32,600 nucleotides of DNA from a virus (Duplodnaviria; Caudoviricetes): positions 1 through 32,600 of IMG/VR virus record IMGVR_UViG_3300036783_000171; one strand, written 5' to 3'. Both the position numbers and the translations under genes were made by a program. Within the stretch, counting starts at the first letter, position 1; each line of letters begins with the position of its first letter. The notes beneath the pieces were generated by a model. It made no database searches, was not told where the DNA came from, and was given only the letters and a program-made list of their open reading frames with translations. Shown piece after piece: positions 17,362-25,852 of this stretch.

Positions 17362-18009
17362 CTACAGCCTTATCTTGACAGTACCGTAGCTCTTGTGGTA
17401 AGGCATAAGCACTGTCTTCATACCGGCATCGATAAGCGCAGCATTCAGGCCCGCGCCGGACGTACGCCGCATCGAGTACGAGTAGGCCCCGACAGACTCG
17501 CTCATCAGGGTAGCCGACATGGTCGGAGTCGCTAGCTCGGACGTTACCGCCGATGCCAGCACAGCTACGACATCATCAGGAACTTCAACAAATCCATGCG
17601 AGCCGGTTATCTTGAATGACCCTCCCCACCAGAATGTCTCTTCGTACCAGTACTCCGGAAGGTTAATAATCCCGGAGTAAGACGGGTTGAACACCGTTAG
17701 CTTTTCAACACCGTCCCAGTTGTACCATGTTACCGGAATATCGGCAATCCCCGGCGTTCCCGATAGAGCGATAACAGAGTCAATGCTCACTACTGGCCGC
17801 CAGGTAGTCAGCATCATGATTCCGCCATCAGCCACCATCGTCTTGGTGTCGGAATCATAGTACAGGAAATCCCGGTTGCAGTACGACCTGATGATTGCAC
17901 TGCCGTCCGAGAGCAAGCCATCGACCCGCGCGGCCTCAGTTGGATTCAGGGTGCGGCCCAGCCTCGCCGCGATATCATCCGGCGTGGCGAGACTGGGCAG
18001 CGACGACAT
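17362..18009 (-). CDS. Head-to-tail adaptor
   Basis: LAT.DDI.ARLGR.L…E..RV..LL.D.S..IR, HGF..VPDDV, SESVG.YSYS. Confidence 0.88.
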   Translation of the reverse strand: MSSLPSLATPDDIAARLGRTLNPTEAARVDGLLSDGSAIIRSYCNRDFLYYDSDTKTMVADGGIMMLTTWRPVVSIDSVIALSGTPGIADIPVTWYNWDGVEKLTVFNPSYSGIINLPEYWYEETFWWGGSFKITGSHGFVEVPDDVVAVLASAVTSELATPTMSATLMSESVGAYSYSMRRTSGAGLNAALIDAGMKTVLMPYHKSYGTVKIRL

Positions 18010-18015
18010 GGAGAC

Positions 18016-18894
18016 CTACTTCCTCTTGTCTTCGATCTCAGGCGGTTCCGTGCTGGTCTCAGCCGACGGAATCCAGCACCACGTCAGCAGGCCAGTCGGG
18101 CCAGGACCCGGCGGCTGTGCGACCAGTACCCACTTGCCCGGCAGGCCATCCTCCGGGTAGTTCGGGTCATAGTCCGGGTGCGTCACCGCGAGCGGCCACG
18201 GAATGAACCCATGGACGACAGTCCCGATATCCGGATCATCCACGAACGCCCAGTTCCCGACGTTCAGGTCCGGAACTTCCGGGTGATCCGGCAGGTTGCC
18301 CGGATCTAGGGTTGGGAGTCCCGGTTGCGGCCCAGGCGGCGTCGTATCGACCCACGGAGGTGCAACCCCGCCCCAAAACCCAGGCGGCTGCGGCTGTTGT
18401 CCAGGCGGCCCGATGTCCACATACTCGGGCGGCCTACCTCCCCAGATGCCAGGAGGCTGTGGTTGCGGCTGCGGCGGCGTGGTGTCGACCCACGGCGGCG
18501 CTGTCCCTCCCCAGAATCCCGGAGGGTTGCCCGGACCCGCGCCGGGCGGATTCGGCCAGACCACCGGCGGGATCGGGTGCGACACGGACGGCGGCGGGCC
18601 ACCGGGAGCGATCGGATGCGCCGGATATCCTGGTCCGGGCCAGACTCCCGGAGGGGGGCCACCTGGCGCAATCGGATGCGCCGGGTAGCCGGGTCCGGGC
18701 CACACCGAGGGTGGCGGACCCCCTGGTGCGATCGGGTGTGCTGGGTAGCCGGGTCCCGGCCAGACGGACGGCGGCACCGGCAGGCCCTGGTCGGGATACG
18801 GCGGCGGCCCTCCAGGTGCGATCGGGTGTTCCGGACGCCCGTGCTCACGTTCATCCAGGACCCATGCTTCAACTAGTACATAACGCTTGCCCAT
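18016..18894 (-). CDS. Proline/glycine-rich repeat protein of unknown function
   Basis: GGGAG SD then ATG at 18894 (MGKRYVLVEAW). Repeats differ mainly at synonymous positions in this frame. Confidence 0.8.
   Translation of the reverse strand: MGKRYVLVEAWVLDEREHGRPEHPIAPGGPPPYPDQGLPVPPSVWPGPGYPAHPIAPGGPPPSVWPGPGYPAHPIAPGGPPPGVWPGPGYPAHPIAPGGPPPSVSHPIPPVVWPNPPGAGPGNPPGFWGGTAPPWVDTTPPQPQPQPPGIWGGRPPEYVDIGPPGQQPQPPGFWGGVAPPWVDTTPPGPQPGLPTLDPGNLPDHPEVPDLNVGNWAFVDDPDIGTVVHGFIPWPLAVTHPDYDPNYPEDGLPGKWVLVAQPPGPGPTGLLTWCWIPSAETSTEPPEIEDKRK
18589..18828 (-). repeat. Coding tandem repeat, four HPIAPGGPPP units spaced 60, 60 and 90 bp
   Basis: Plus-strand GC(G/A)ATCGG recurs near 18608, 18668, 18728 and 18818. 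Confidence 0.85.
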
Positions 18895-18980
18895 AACAAC
18901 TCCCTGTTCGGTTGTGGGCCGGGTTGGGGCGCGGCTGCCGGTCACCCGGCAGTAGAACCGACAGCCGCGCGTCCACTGGG

Positions 18981-20183
18981 TTAGTCGTCCTTGCCGGTCG
19001 AACGACGTGTGTGAGTCGTACGGGTCGTAGTGGTCGAACGAGTGCCGCCATTGCCGGTATCATCCTCCTGAGCCCGGCTCACGGCATCTTCCCTGGCCTG
19101 CTGTGCGTCCTGCTCCCACTGCGACGTCTGGTCCTCGCCGACAGTTTCGCCCTCAGCGGTGACCGCGCGGGTACCGCCGGGGTAGGACTGGATGACGGTG
19201 ATCGGGCCTGCGGTCGGGGCAGTCGTGCCGGTACCAAGAACCGTGCCGAACGGCCACCGTTGAGTGATCGTCTTGGCCTTGTTCATGACGGTGACCGGGT
19301 TAACTGTCGCGTAGGCGAGCCGCATTGTCATGCGCATCGCCACCGCGTCCTGCTGCATCAGGTTCAGGATGACGACACCGGCGTCGTTGGAGATGACGCC
19401 CTGGTCGAACATCTTGAAGGAGATGTCGTTCCGGATGCCGATGATGGCCTTGGTGAAGTCACCAGCGAGCATGAGGGCACCAGCAGTCGGGTTGACCCAG
19501 GAGCCGTTGTTGATCTCGGACATCTTGTATCCGTACAGCATCCCTCCCGGCTTCCCCGTCATGTCCGGCTGGTAGATCGGCACGCCCTGCGCCGACCGGA
19601 TTCCGGCCAGGTTCCAGCTGATGCCCGGCATTGCGGCAAAGCCGTTCACCGTGTAGCCGGTCTGTGCCATCATTGCGCCGAGCGATGTGACGTCCTGGCC
19701 AAGGTCGACGCCGGTACCCTCGATCACGAAGTGCCCGGACTTCCCGGCTCCAGTGTAGACTGCCTCTCCCCAGGTCGCAGGCTTGTTGATGCCCCACAGG
19801 ACTGCCGAGTCGATCAGCGCGCCGACCGCCTCTGTGATGCGAGGCTGCACCTGCGACCACAACGGCACGTCCGCGTCGTCAAGGTACGCAACCGGAATCG
19901 GCACGATACAGGCCAGTTCCTCGACGACCATGATGACGTTCTGCCACGCCATCTGGGACGTCTGCTTCATGCCGGTGTCGCCACCGACCCAGTACGCCAT
20001 GGGGAGCACGTCGAGCACGGGCATCCGCTGCGTCTTGGATGAAAGGGTGGTCTTGTTCATGAGCGTGAGGGCCGCCGATGACGTCGGGGCCTCCTGGATA
20101 ATTGCCGTTGCCAGTGGCTGCGGCACGAGGGGGTCCGGCGTACCGGACGACCGGAACACACCCTCATTGTAGACGCCTGCCAT
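18981..20183 (-). CDS. Major capsid protein (HK97 fold) with a low-complexity C-terminal extension
   Basis: P.AYWV, EELA.IVPIP…LDDA, D.AVL.G..KP, GDF….IGIR.DI, NL.QQD.VA.R…R.AY; follows the scaffold gene. Confidence 0.95.
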   Translation of the reverse strand: MAGVYNEGVFRSSGTPDPLVPQPLATAIIQEAPTSSAALTLMNKTTLSSKTQRMPVLDVLPMAYWVGGDTGMKQTSQMAWQNVIMVVEELACIVPIPVAYLDDADVPLWSQVQPRITEAVGALIDSAVLWGINKPATWGEAVYTGAGKSGHFVIEGTGVDLGQDVTSLGAMMAQTGYTVNGFAAMPGISWNLAGIRSAQGVPIYQPDMTGKPGGMLYGYKMSEINNGSWVNPTAGALMLAGDFTKAIIGIRNDISFKMFDQGVISNDAGVVILNLMQQDAVAMRMTMRLAYATVNPVTVMNKAKTITQRWPFGTVLGTGTTAPTAGPITVIQSYPGGTRAVTAEGETVGEDQTSQWEQDAQQAREDAVSRAQEDDTGNGGTRSTTTTRTTHTRRSTGKDD

Positions 20184-20217
20184 TTGAGGCCCTTCCGCGC
20201 TACGTCACCCGCAGCGC

Positions 20218-20889
20218 CTATGTATTGTGGAGCAAGTTACGGAACCATTGCTCATTGGTTGTTGGCGTGGAGCCTGACGGGGCCGACCCGGCCCTGAGGG
20301 ATTCAACCGGGCGTGTACCGCCCTGCTGTTGCGGCTGGAGCTGCGGCGTTCCGCCGTTCTGCCCTTGCAGGGCCTGGATGTCAATCCCAGCATCCTTGAG
20401 CATTTGTTCCGCTATCGCCTGGGCCGTTTCCTCTATGACCTGGGCGAATAGCTCTGCCCGCTCATTGATTTCCTCTTCCGTTCCGGTACCGAGGTGCTCA
20501 ATAAGTTCGACGGGAAGGTCGTTGGCAGCAGCCGCCATCATGCGCGCGTGAATCTGCATGGCCTCATCGCGCTCAAGCTCGGCCGCTTTCTGGGCATCGA
20601 GAGCCTTCTGGAGTTCTGTCTTGTTCGCGTCTTCGATCTGCTGAAGACGCTGAGCAGCCGAGGCGTTCTGCTTGGCGCGCTGCTCATGCTTACGAGCCTG
20701 AGACTTCCAGTGAGCTAGCTGTTCAGCTAGGTCATCGTCTCCCTCGCCACCTTGGTCACCTTCCATCATGGTGCCAAGCAGGCCAGCGGCGTCACCCTCG
20801 TCTGAGCCAGCGGCACCCGTTCCAGGTGCTCCGCCAGCGTTGCCCGTTGCGGGCCCAGACCCGGTCTCTGCCGAAGACTCGCTCATCAT
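20218..20889 (-). CDS. Capsid scaffolding protein
   Basis: WK..ARKHE.RAK.N, EDANKTE.QKA coiled coil, RPVESLR.G; directly precedes the capsid gene. Confidence 0.9.
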   Translation of the reverse strand: MMSESSAETGSGPATGNAGGAPGTGAAGSDEGDAAGLLGTMMEGDQGGEGDDDLAEQLAHWKSQARKHEQRAKQNASAAQRLQQIEDANKTELQKALDAQKAAELERDEAMQIHARMMAAAANDLPVELIEHLGTGTEEEINERAELFAQVIEETAQAIAEQMLKDAGIDIQALQGQNGGTPQLQPQQQGGTRPVESLRAGSAPSGSTPTTNEQWFRNLLHNT

Positions 20890-20911
20890 ACCTCCAGTAT
20901 GCCTCTCCGGG

Positions 20912-20940
20912 AGTATATACCCTCCGGCCGGAGAAGTAAA
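20912..20940 (-). promoter_or_regulatory. Internal promoter for the scaffold/capsid genes
   Basis: TTTACT-N17-TATACT, followed by GGAGG and ATG at 20889. Confidence 0.7.
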
Positions 20941-20949
20941 GACCCCCGC

Positions 20950-21204
20950 CTAGCGGGCTTTCCGGGCCGCCGAGAGGGACTGCTCCAGTCCAGGAGCATG
21001 GCCGGGCCATCCTCCAGTCGCGTGCCGGTGTATGTTCGCACAGAGACCCTTGACCATCCCTGGTGAGACGTACTTCGACAGCGTTGTTACGCAGGCATCG
21101 AAGTCACCAGGAACTCCCCAGTGTAGCTTTGCCGCGCCAGGACCACTAGTCCAGTACTTGAGCAGCTGGTCCGGCATGTTTGTATGTTCAGGACTCTGCA
21201 CCAT
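20950..21204 (-). CDS. Small conserved phage head-region protein
   Basis: GGAGG SD. The YW..G.GAAK..WG.PGDF..C…L.KY…GLCA..H..ATG.WPG pattern is one I recognise from actinophage head-region proteins. Confidence 0.75.
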   Translation of the reverse strand: MVQSPEHTNMPDQLLKYWTSGPGAAKLHWGVPGDFDACVTTLSKYVSPGMVKGLCANIHRHATGGWPGHAPGLEQSLSAARKAR

Positions 21205-21584
21205 AACATTGCCTCCACAATAACAGTTCCGTACCCGACTGTACTTCTATTGTCAGAAGAATCAACAAGATCAGCTCTCCACCAAAGCGCACCTACCGTC
21301 TGATTATCTGCACTCGGAATATGGAATGTAGACATGCACGTTCCAGTACTATCTGGATTGTCAATAACGTCAGCTGTATACTTCTTGGTTGTCGGGTCCG
21401 AGTCCGGCGTCTCGCGCTCCGGCTTGTAGTAGAACTCAGACGACGCCCCGGTGCCGTCCGAGACATTCGGGTAGTACACATTGACCACTACATCATTGCC
21501 CTGTGGGAAGTACAGCACCATCATGGCATTCGGCGTAGTATCAACTACGACACTAGCCCCGGAAACATCAAGAGGCGTCGTCAT
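21087..21584 (-). CDS. Beta-rich (Ig/BppU-like) hypothetical virion protein; protein-like part appears to end at TTA 21204-21206
   Basis: TGATG-coupled start; QGND…WWR.D.V…T..YG…VEA pattern. The ORF overruns the next start by 118 nt. Confidence 0.7.
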   Translation of the reverse strand: MTTPLDVSGASVVVDTTPNAMMVLYFPQGNDVVVNVYYPNVSDGTGASSEFYYKPERETPDSDPTTKKYTADVIDNPDSTGTCMSTFHIPSADNQTVGALWWRADLVDSSDNRSTVGYGTVIVEAMLWCRVLNIQTCRTSCSSTGLVVLARQSYTGEFLVTSMPA

Positions 21585-21877
21585 CAGGAACCTCCAGTCG
21601 TAAGTGTCCCGTCCGGCTTCCAGGTCTTCGGAATGTCATCTGACCATCCCTTAGTCTTCGCCACTCCCATGATGTACCTCCGGACCTTGGCCCGTTCCTC
21701 GGGCGTGTTCGGCCGCGCCCGGCCGACTGCCGATATGGCCGCTGACAGCGAGTTCGACGGCCCGGTACGCGAATTGATCGGGAATCGCGGCGAGTCACTC
21801 TGGTTCTGCTGCGACGGGGGCATTGCCTGCTTGTTCTTGAGGAGGTTCCGCAGAGCCTCCTCCTTCAGATCCGACAT
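21584..21877 (-). CDS. Small basic head-region protein
   Basis: GGAG SD. The FPI…L..AI.AVGRA…VRRYI…A…G….IP..W pattern resembles a module seen fused to phage prohead proteins. Confidence 0.7.
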   Translation of the reverse strand: MSDLKEEALRNLLKNKQAMPPSQQNQSDSPRFPINSRTGPSNSLSAAISAVGRARPNTPEERAKVRRYIMGVAKTKGWSDDIPKTWKPDGTLTTGGS

Positions 21878-22610
21878 CTTTCTCACTCCAGTACTGATTC
21901 CAGGCAGCCTCGGCGCTCTTGCCGCTCTTGCCAGATGTTACTGACTTCCATTCCGCACGTATTCCATCATTCGCCGACTGCTGACCAGCAAACACAGACC
22001 GCGCCAGACACTGACATCTATCATGAGCATGGAACTTAGCATCCAAGCTCTTGCTAACCACATTACTGCCAGCCAACATCGAGCAGTAATTGCATGGCTT
22101 CACACCAGATTCCATAATTCGCTCCCATCCAAGCGAATTTGGATCGTATGAAGCTGCTCGCGTGACAGTATTCCGTCCGCCATTCATAACCAAGCGCACT
22201 GCTGAGCCAGCAAGGGCATCCAAAGCCATTGCAGACGCTGTAGGAGCATCATTTCCGCCACCAAGAAAATGGAAGAACTGCCCCGCTCCCATAATATTGA
22301 CTACATGCGGAAAGTAATCATCGGAAACCATAATTCCTGGCACACCAGCGCCATAAAAGCCAGCTACCGCGCGAGACATTGAATAGTACTGGGCGGCATC
22401 GGCCGCCGATGCACCATGATATGTATCAACAATGCCAACTATGAATGGCTCAAGCCTATGCCACGAGTCATTGAAGTGCTCGGGATCGATCAGCGAGCCC
22501 CAAAGACCACGGATTGCCGTCTCGACCCACTGTCCTATCGCGTACTGATTGCCACGGTACCGATCAAACAATAGCACCGACGACTGCTCATCCGAAATTG
22601 GCATCGTCAT
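21795..22610 (-). CDS. Minor head / capsid maturation protein (MuF-like)
   Basis: Follows the portal; R.V.NGGR.T, GWER, C.YC.MLA, HAHDRC.C. Confidence 0.85.
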   Translation of the reverse strand: MTMPISDEQSSVLLFDRYRGNQYAIGQWVETAIRGLWGSLIDPEHFNDSWHRLEPFIVGIVDTYHGASAADAAQYYSMSRAVAGFYGAGVPGIMVSDDYFPHVVNIMGAGQFFHFLGGGNDAPTASAMALDALAGSAVRLVMNGGRNTVTRAASYDPNSLGWERIMESGVKPCNYCSMLAGSNVVSKSLDAKFHAHDRCQCLARSVFAGQQSANDGIRAEWKSVTSGKSGKSAEAAWNQYWSEKDVGSEGGGSAEPPQEQAGNAPVAAEPE

Positions 22611-24166
22611 TGCGGTGGCCCTTCAGGCGGTGGTGCTGGCGGCAGCGGAGCAGGAACCGGCGGCTGAGGCGGCGTGCCAACAGGTGCGCCGGGAGGTGGA
22701 AGCGCACCAGGAACCGCGCCAGGCGCTGCCGCCCCAGCCTGCTGAGAAGCTATCTGCTGTACAAGCTCTTGAGCCTTCTGGCGCTGCGCGGCCAGCTGCC
22801 ACGATGAAACGTCATCAGCCGTTGCCCCAGGAACCCGCGCCCACAGTTCCTCTTCAGGAACTCCAAGCATCTGCGCGATCTTCGTCAGGCCGTCGATCGT
22901 CGCCCCGAATGCCCGTGCCGACGTGTCTCTCCACACGACAGTTCCGAACAGGTCATTCCAGCCATCCTTGTTCCCGGCCGCAAGGTCCGTAAGCCGGAAC
23001 ACGTTGCGCCATGGGTCCGTCATCCCAGCCTGTAGCTCCTGGATCTTCCGGTCAAGGCCGTCACGGGCCGCTGCGAGCGCTTCAGCTGACATGTTAGCCA
23101 CTTGCCCAAGAAGATGGTACGGCGGGATCTGTGAGATGGTCGACATGTGCCGAATGCCATCCTCGCGTACAGTCGAGTATGGCTGTAGCGCCGTCTCCCC
23201 AAACTCGCCAAAACGAGTCTCGGAGTCGTCGGACGCCCACACACGGTCCACGCCGGGCCGGAATGGCGCAGCCTCGTCACCTACCTCATCAACAGGCGCC
23301 ATCCCGGTCACCCAGCGCTGCCGAAAGGCAGCAAACTGTGTCGAGATCATCAAGTTGAACGTGTCGAAGTTGATTTGGTCCTGTATCGGGATCAGTGGCT
23401 CGATCTCCCCGGTGCAGTCATCTTCTCCATCGAGGTCCGTCTCATGCAGGAACCGCACGACCGGGCACATATTCATGCCATGCGCTGCGATGACCGGCTG
23501 CCCGTTCAGCAGTACGTTATCAGGATCAGCTATCGCTAGCCCTGATTGCGCCGGTTCCCGGGAAGCATTCCCCATCAGGATGTACCTGTTAACTTCATCA
23601 TACACGTACACCATGAGCCGCGCGGACCCCTGCGGAAGATTGATGACATTCACCTCGATGGCGAACTGCGGCCACTCGTCATCGACTTCATCAGCATAGA
23701 ACGCCGTCATGCGGCGTGGCGACACCGGACGGATCACCGGTACGTTCTGGCCCTGTTCCTCGTCTGAAGCCATACGACCCGGCAGCACGACAACGTACGA
23801 TGACCCATACTTGATGACGGACCGGTGTACGCCGTGCTGCCGCGACACCATACGGTTCGCCCGGAACGCATCCCACTCTGGCTGTGGCTTCTGCGGAGCC
23901 GCCATCTCATTGGCCGTCGTACCTGATGCCCGGTAGCCATCAACGTGCAGGTTTTCAGAGATCACCGAGATAACCAATGGCAGGAAGTTCCTCTTGGCCT
24001 TCTTGGCAATCCACCTGTACTCGGCGTTGACACCTTTGGGCGTATACGGCGGGTCCTGGTGGCCTTTGATGTAGTTTGAGATGCGCCGGAGCCGCGCCTG
24101 CTCGGACTGCCGGGCCATTAGCGCCCGCACCGACATGTCAACAACGTTGTCGATCCCAATAATCAT
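22607..24166 (-). CDS. Portal protein (SPP1 gp6-like)
   Basis: N.LPLV, W…N.M, YG.SY, CPVVRF, GEIEPLI..QD.IN, AFRQRW.TG, N.SAEAL, W.D. Confidence 0.95.
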   Translation of the reverse strand: MIIGIDNVVDMSVRALMARQSEQARLRRISNYIKGHQDPPYTPKGVNAEYRWIAKKAKRNFLPLVISVISENLHVDGYRASGTTANEMAAPQKPQPEWDAFRANRMVSRQHGVHRSVIKYGSSYVVVLPGRMASDEEQGQNVPVIRPVSPRRMTAFYADEVDDEWPQFAIEVNVINLPQGSARLMVYVYDEVNRYILMGNASREPAQSGLAIADPDNVLLNGQPVIAAHGMNMCPVVRFLHETDLDGEDDCTGEIEPLIPIQDQINFDTFNLMISTQFAAFRQRWVTGMAPVDEVGDEAAPFRPGVDRVWASDDSETRFGEFGETALQPYSTVREDGIRHMSTISQIPPYHLLGQVANMSAEALAAARDGLDRKIQELQAGMTDPWRNVFRLTDLAAGNKDGWNDLFGTVVWRDTSARAFGATIDGLTKIAQMLGVPEEELWARVPGATADDVSSWQLAAQRQKAQELVQQIASQQAGAAAPGAVPGALPPPGAPVGTPPQPPVPAPLPPAPPPEGPPQ

Positions 24167-24175
24167 AGCCCCACC

Positions 24176-25843
24176 CTAAGAAAATGACCAGACACGACCC
24201 CGCCCCTTCTTCACAGCTTCCTTACGGTCCTTGTAGGACTTCGATGCCAGTACTAGCCGCCGGGCATGCCGTGCTCCAATCATGCAAACGCACGCATCAA
24301 TCTTATTTGGCGACTTAGGCGACTCCTTGCCAATTGAAATTCCATACCGGTTCGGCCGCCGTCGCGCATTCGTAACGTGGCGGCCAAGAGTCGAGTCGCC
24401 ATCATGCCTAAAACCATTGCCATTCTTGGCGTTCTGGTCTATTTCCGACAGTACCATCTCACAAGCCTGCGTGAATTCGCCAACATGCGACCTCATATCC
24501 CACGCTACAGGCTGTGGATCACGCCCTCCGGGCACAGACCAGACGTCTAGGCCATCCTCAAACCACTCACGCCAGGTTACTTTGGTCGACTCTTCCCACT
24601 CTTTGACGTCAGCAAAGAACGCGCAGACGTGCCAGCGGTCCTTGGCCTCACGAACCGCAAGGTGAACTTCATCCACCGGTATTGATCTGCCAGTCCCGCG
24701 CGGCTCCCAGACTCCTAGCGTGAAGATGAATCCAGTTTCGACATGGCAGCCAACCAGCGCTGTGGCGTCTTCCACACGCGAGCCGTCGAAGAACATCGTG
24801 ATGTCGTCACCGTCGCCGATGCGGAAATCAGGATCTGCCATGATGGACCACTTTTGCTGAGTAGTCCAGGCATCCTCGGCCGATTCCGGCCAGTTGAGGT
24901 AGTAACGCTTAGACACATCGAGTTTGATCCTAGGCGACAGGATACGGTTCTCGACAATGTCTTCGACGTCGGCCCAGTAGGCATCTCCGTACGCAAACGT
25001 GACAGCCTTACGAATGGATGCAACGTCATCCCAATCGACATCCGGGGGCGCCATGCGGCAGTCATAGAGAATTTTCCCCTTACCCTTGAGCTTCCCTTCC
25101 TCCTGCGATACCCAGGCATCGAACGTCGTCTCGGCAACAGTCTCCTTACCAGGTTCCCAGGCATTCGATGTCTCCAGAATGCGCGACCCCGACTTGGCAA
25201 CATTGCGGTCCATAACTTCCGCAAGGTCAACTCCACCGTTCGACGACGTAAACGACTCCGTCTGGTCCAGAATCGCAAATGTGACCAGGGCCCCCTCTTC
25301 CGTCGTCGGCGACGACGTGATGACCATTAGCTGCCCGCCGCCGGGGATGTGGAAAATCGTCTTCCCGGCGTCGATATCATAATCCTTCAGCAGCCGGGAG
25401 TTCTTCGGCAGCAGCGCCCGCACCATTCGCATCGTATTGATGTTCGCCTGGTCATGTGATGACGCCCCAATCTGAACGAGCGGCATCGATACCGGCTTGC
25501 CAACACAACCACCAGGAACCGAAGCATCGAACCGCGCCAGCCGTACCGGAGCTAGCAGCTCTATCATCGCTAGGACAGCCGCGAATGGCGACTTCCCCGC
25601 CCCCTTTGGCCATCGACGCACTCCATGGTAGTATACCCACCGTGCGTCCGGCGTTAGGGCGTACCACCACAGCAGGAATCGCACCTGCGACTCAACAAAC
25701 TCCCATCGTTCCCCCGCGTCCGGGCCGTCCGGCTGCTTCAGGTACTTGCTAGACCATCGTATCGCTTCCCAGCCAAGTGTTAGCTCCGGTATCCCATCTG
25801 GCAATGTTACCAGGCGGTCTCTCGGAGCCAGCACTGCATTCAA
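24176..25843 (-). CDS. terL: Terminase large subunit
   Basis: TLGW, Q.RF.LWWY, Walker A-like RRWPKGAGKSP, Walker B AILDQTE, nuclease FDGS..DATAL, KIDA. Confidence 0.95.
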   Translation of the reverse strand: MNAVLAPRDRLVTLPDGIPELTLGWEAIRWSSKYLKQPDGPDAGERWEFVESQVRFLLWWYALTPDARWVYYHGVRRWPKGAGKSPFAAVLAMIELLAPVRLARFDASVPGGCVGKPVSMPLVQIGASSHDQANINTMRMVRALLPKNSRLLKDYDIDAGKTIFHIPGGGQLMVITSSPTTEEGALVTFAILDQTESFTSSNGGVDLAEVMDRNVAKSGSRILETSNAWEPGKETVAETTFDAWVSQEEGKLKGKGKILYDCRMAPPDVDWDDVASIRKAVTFAYGDAYWADVEDIVENRILSPRIKLDVSKRYYLNWPESAEDAWTTQQKWSIMADPDFRIGDGDDITMFFDGSRVEDATALVGCHVETGFIFTLGVWEPRGTGRSIPVDEVHLAVREAKDRWHVCAFFADVKEWEESTKVTWREWFEDGLDVWSVPGGRDPQPVAWDMRSHVGEFTQACEMVLSEIDQNAKNGNGFRHDGDSTLGRHVTNARRRPNRYGISIGKESPKSPNKIDACVCMIGARHARRLVLASKSYKDRKEAVKKGRGRVWSFS

Positions 25844-25852
25844 CCAAGCCTC

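Noticed and set aside
18589-18828. CRISPR-like array (60-bp periodicity)
   Set aside because: No unique spacers; the period is a multiple of 3 with synonymous variation, so it is a coding repeat.
21795-21877. 83-nt overlap of the MuF-like gene with the next gene as another TTA or frameshift case
   Set aside because: No TTA or slippery heptamer, and the downstream gene has its own SD. It shows that long overlaps also occur without TTA.
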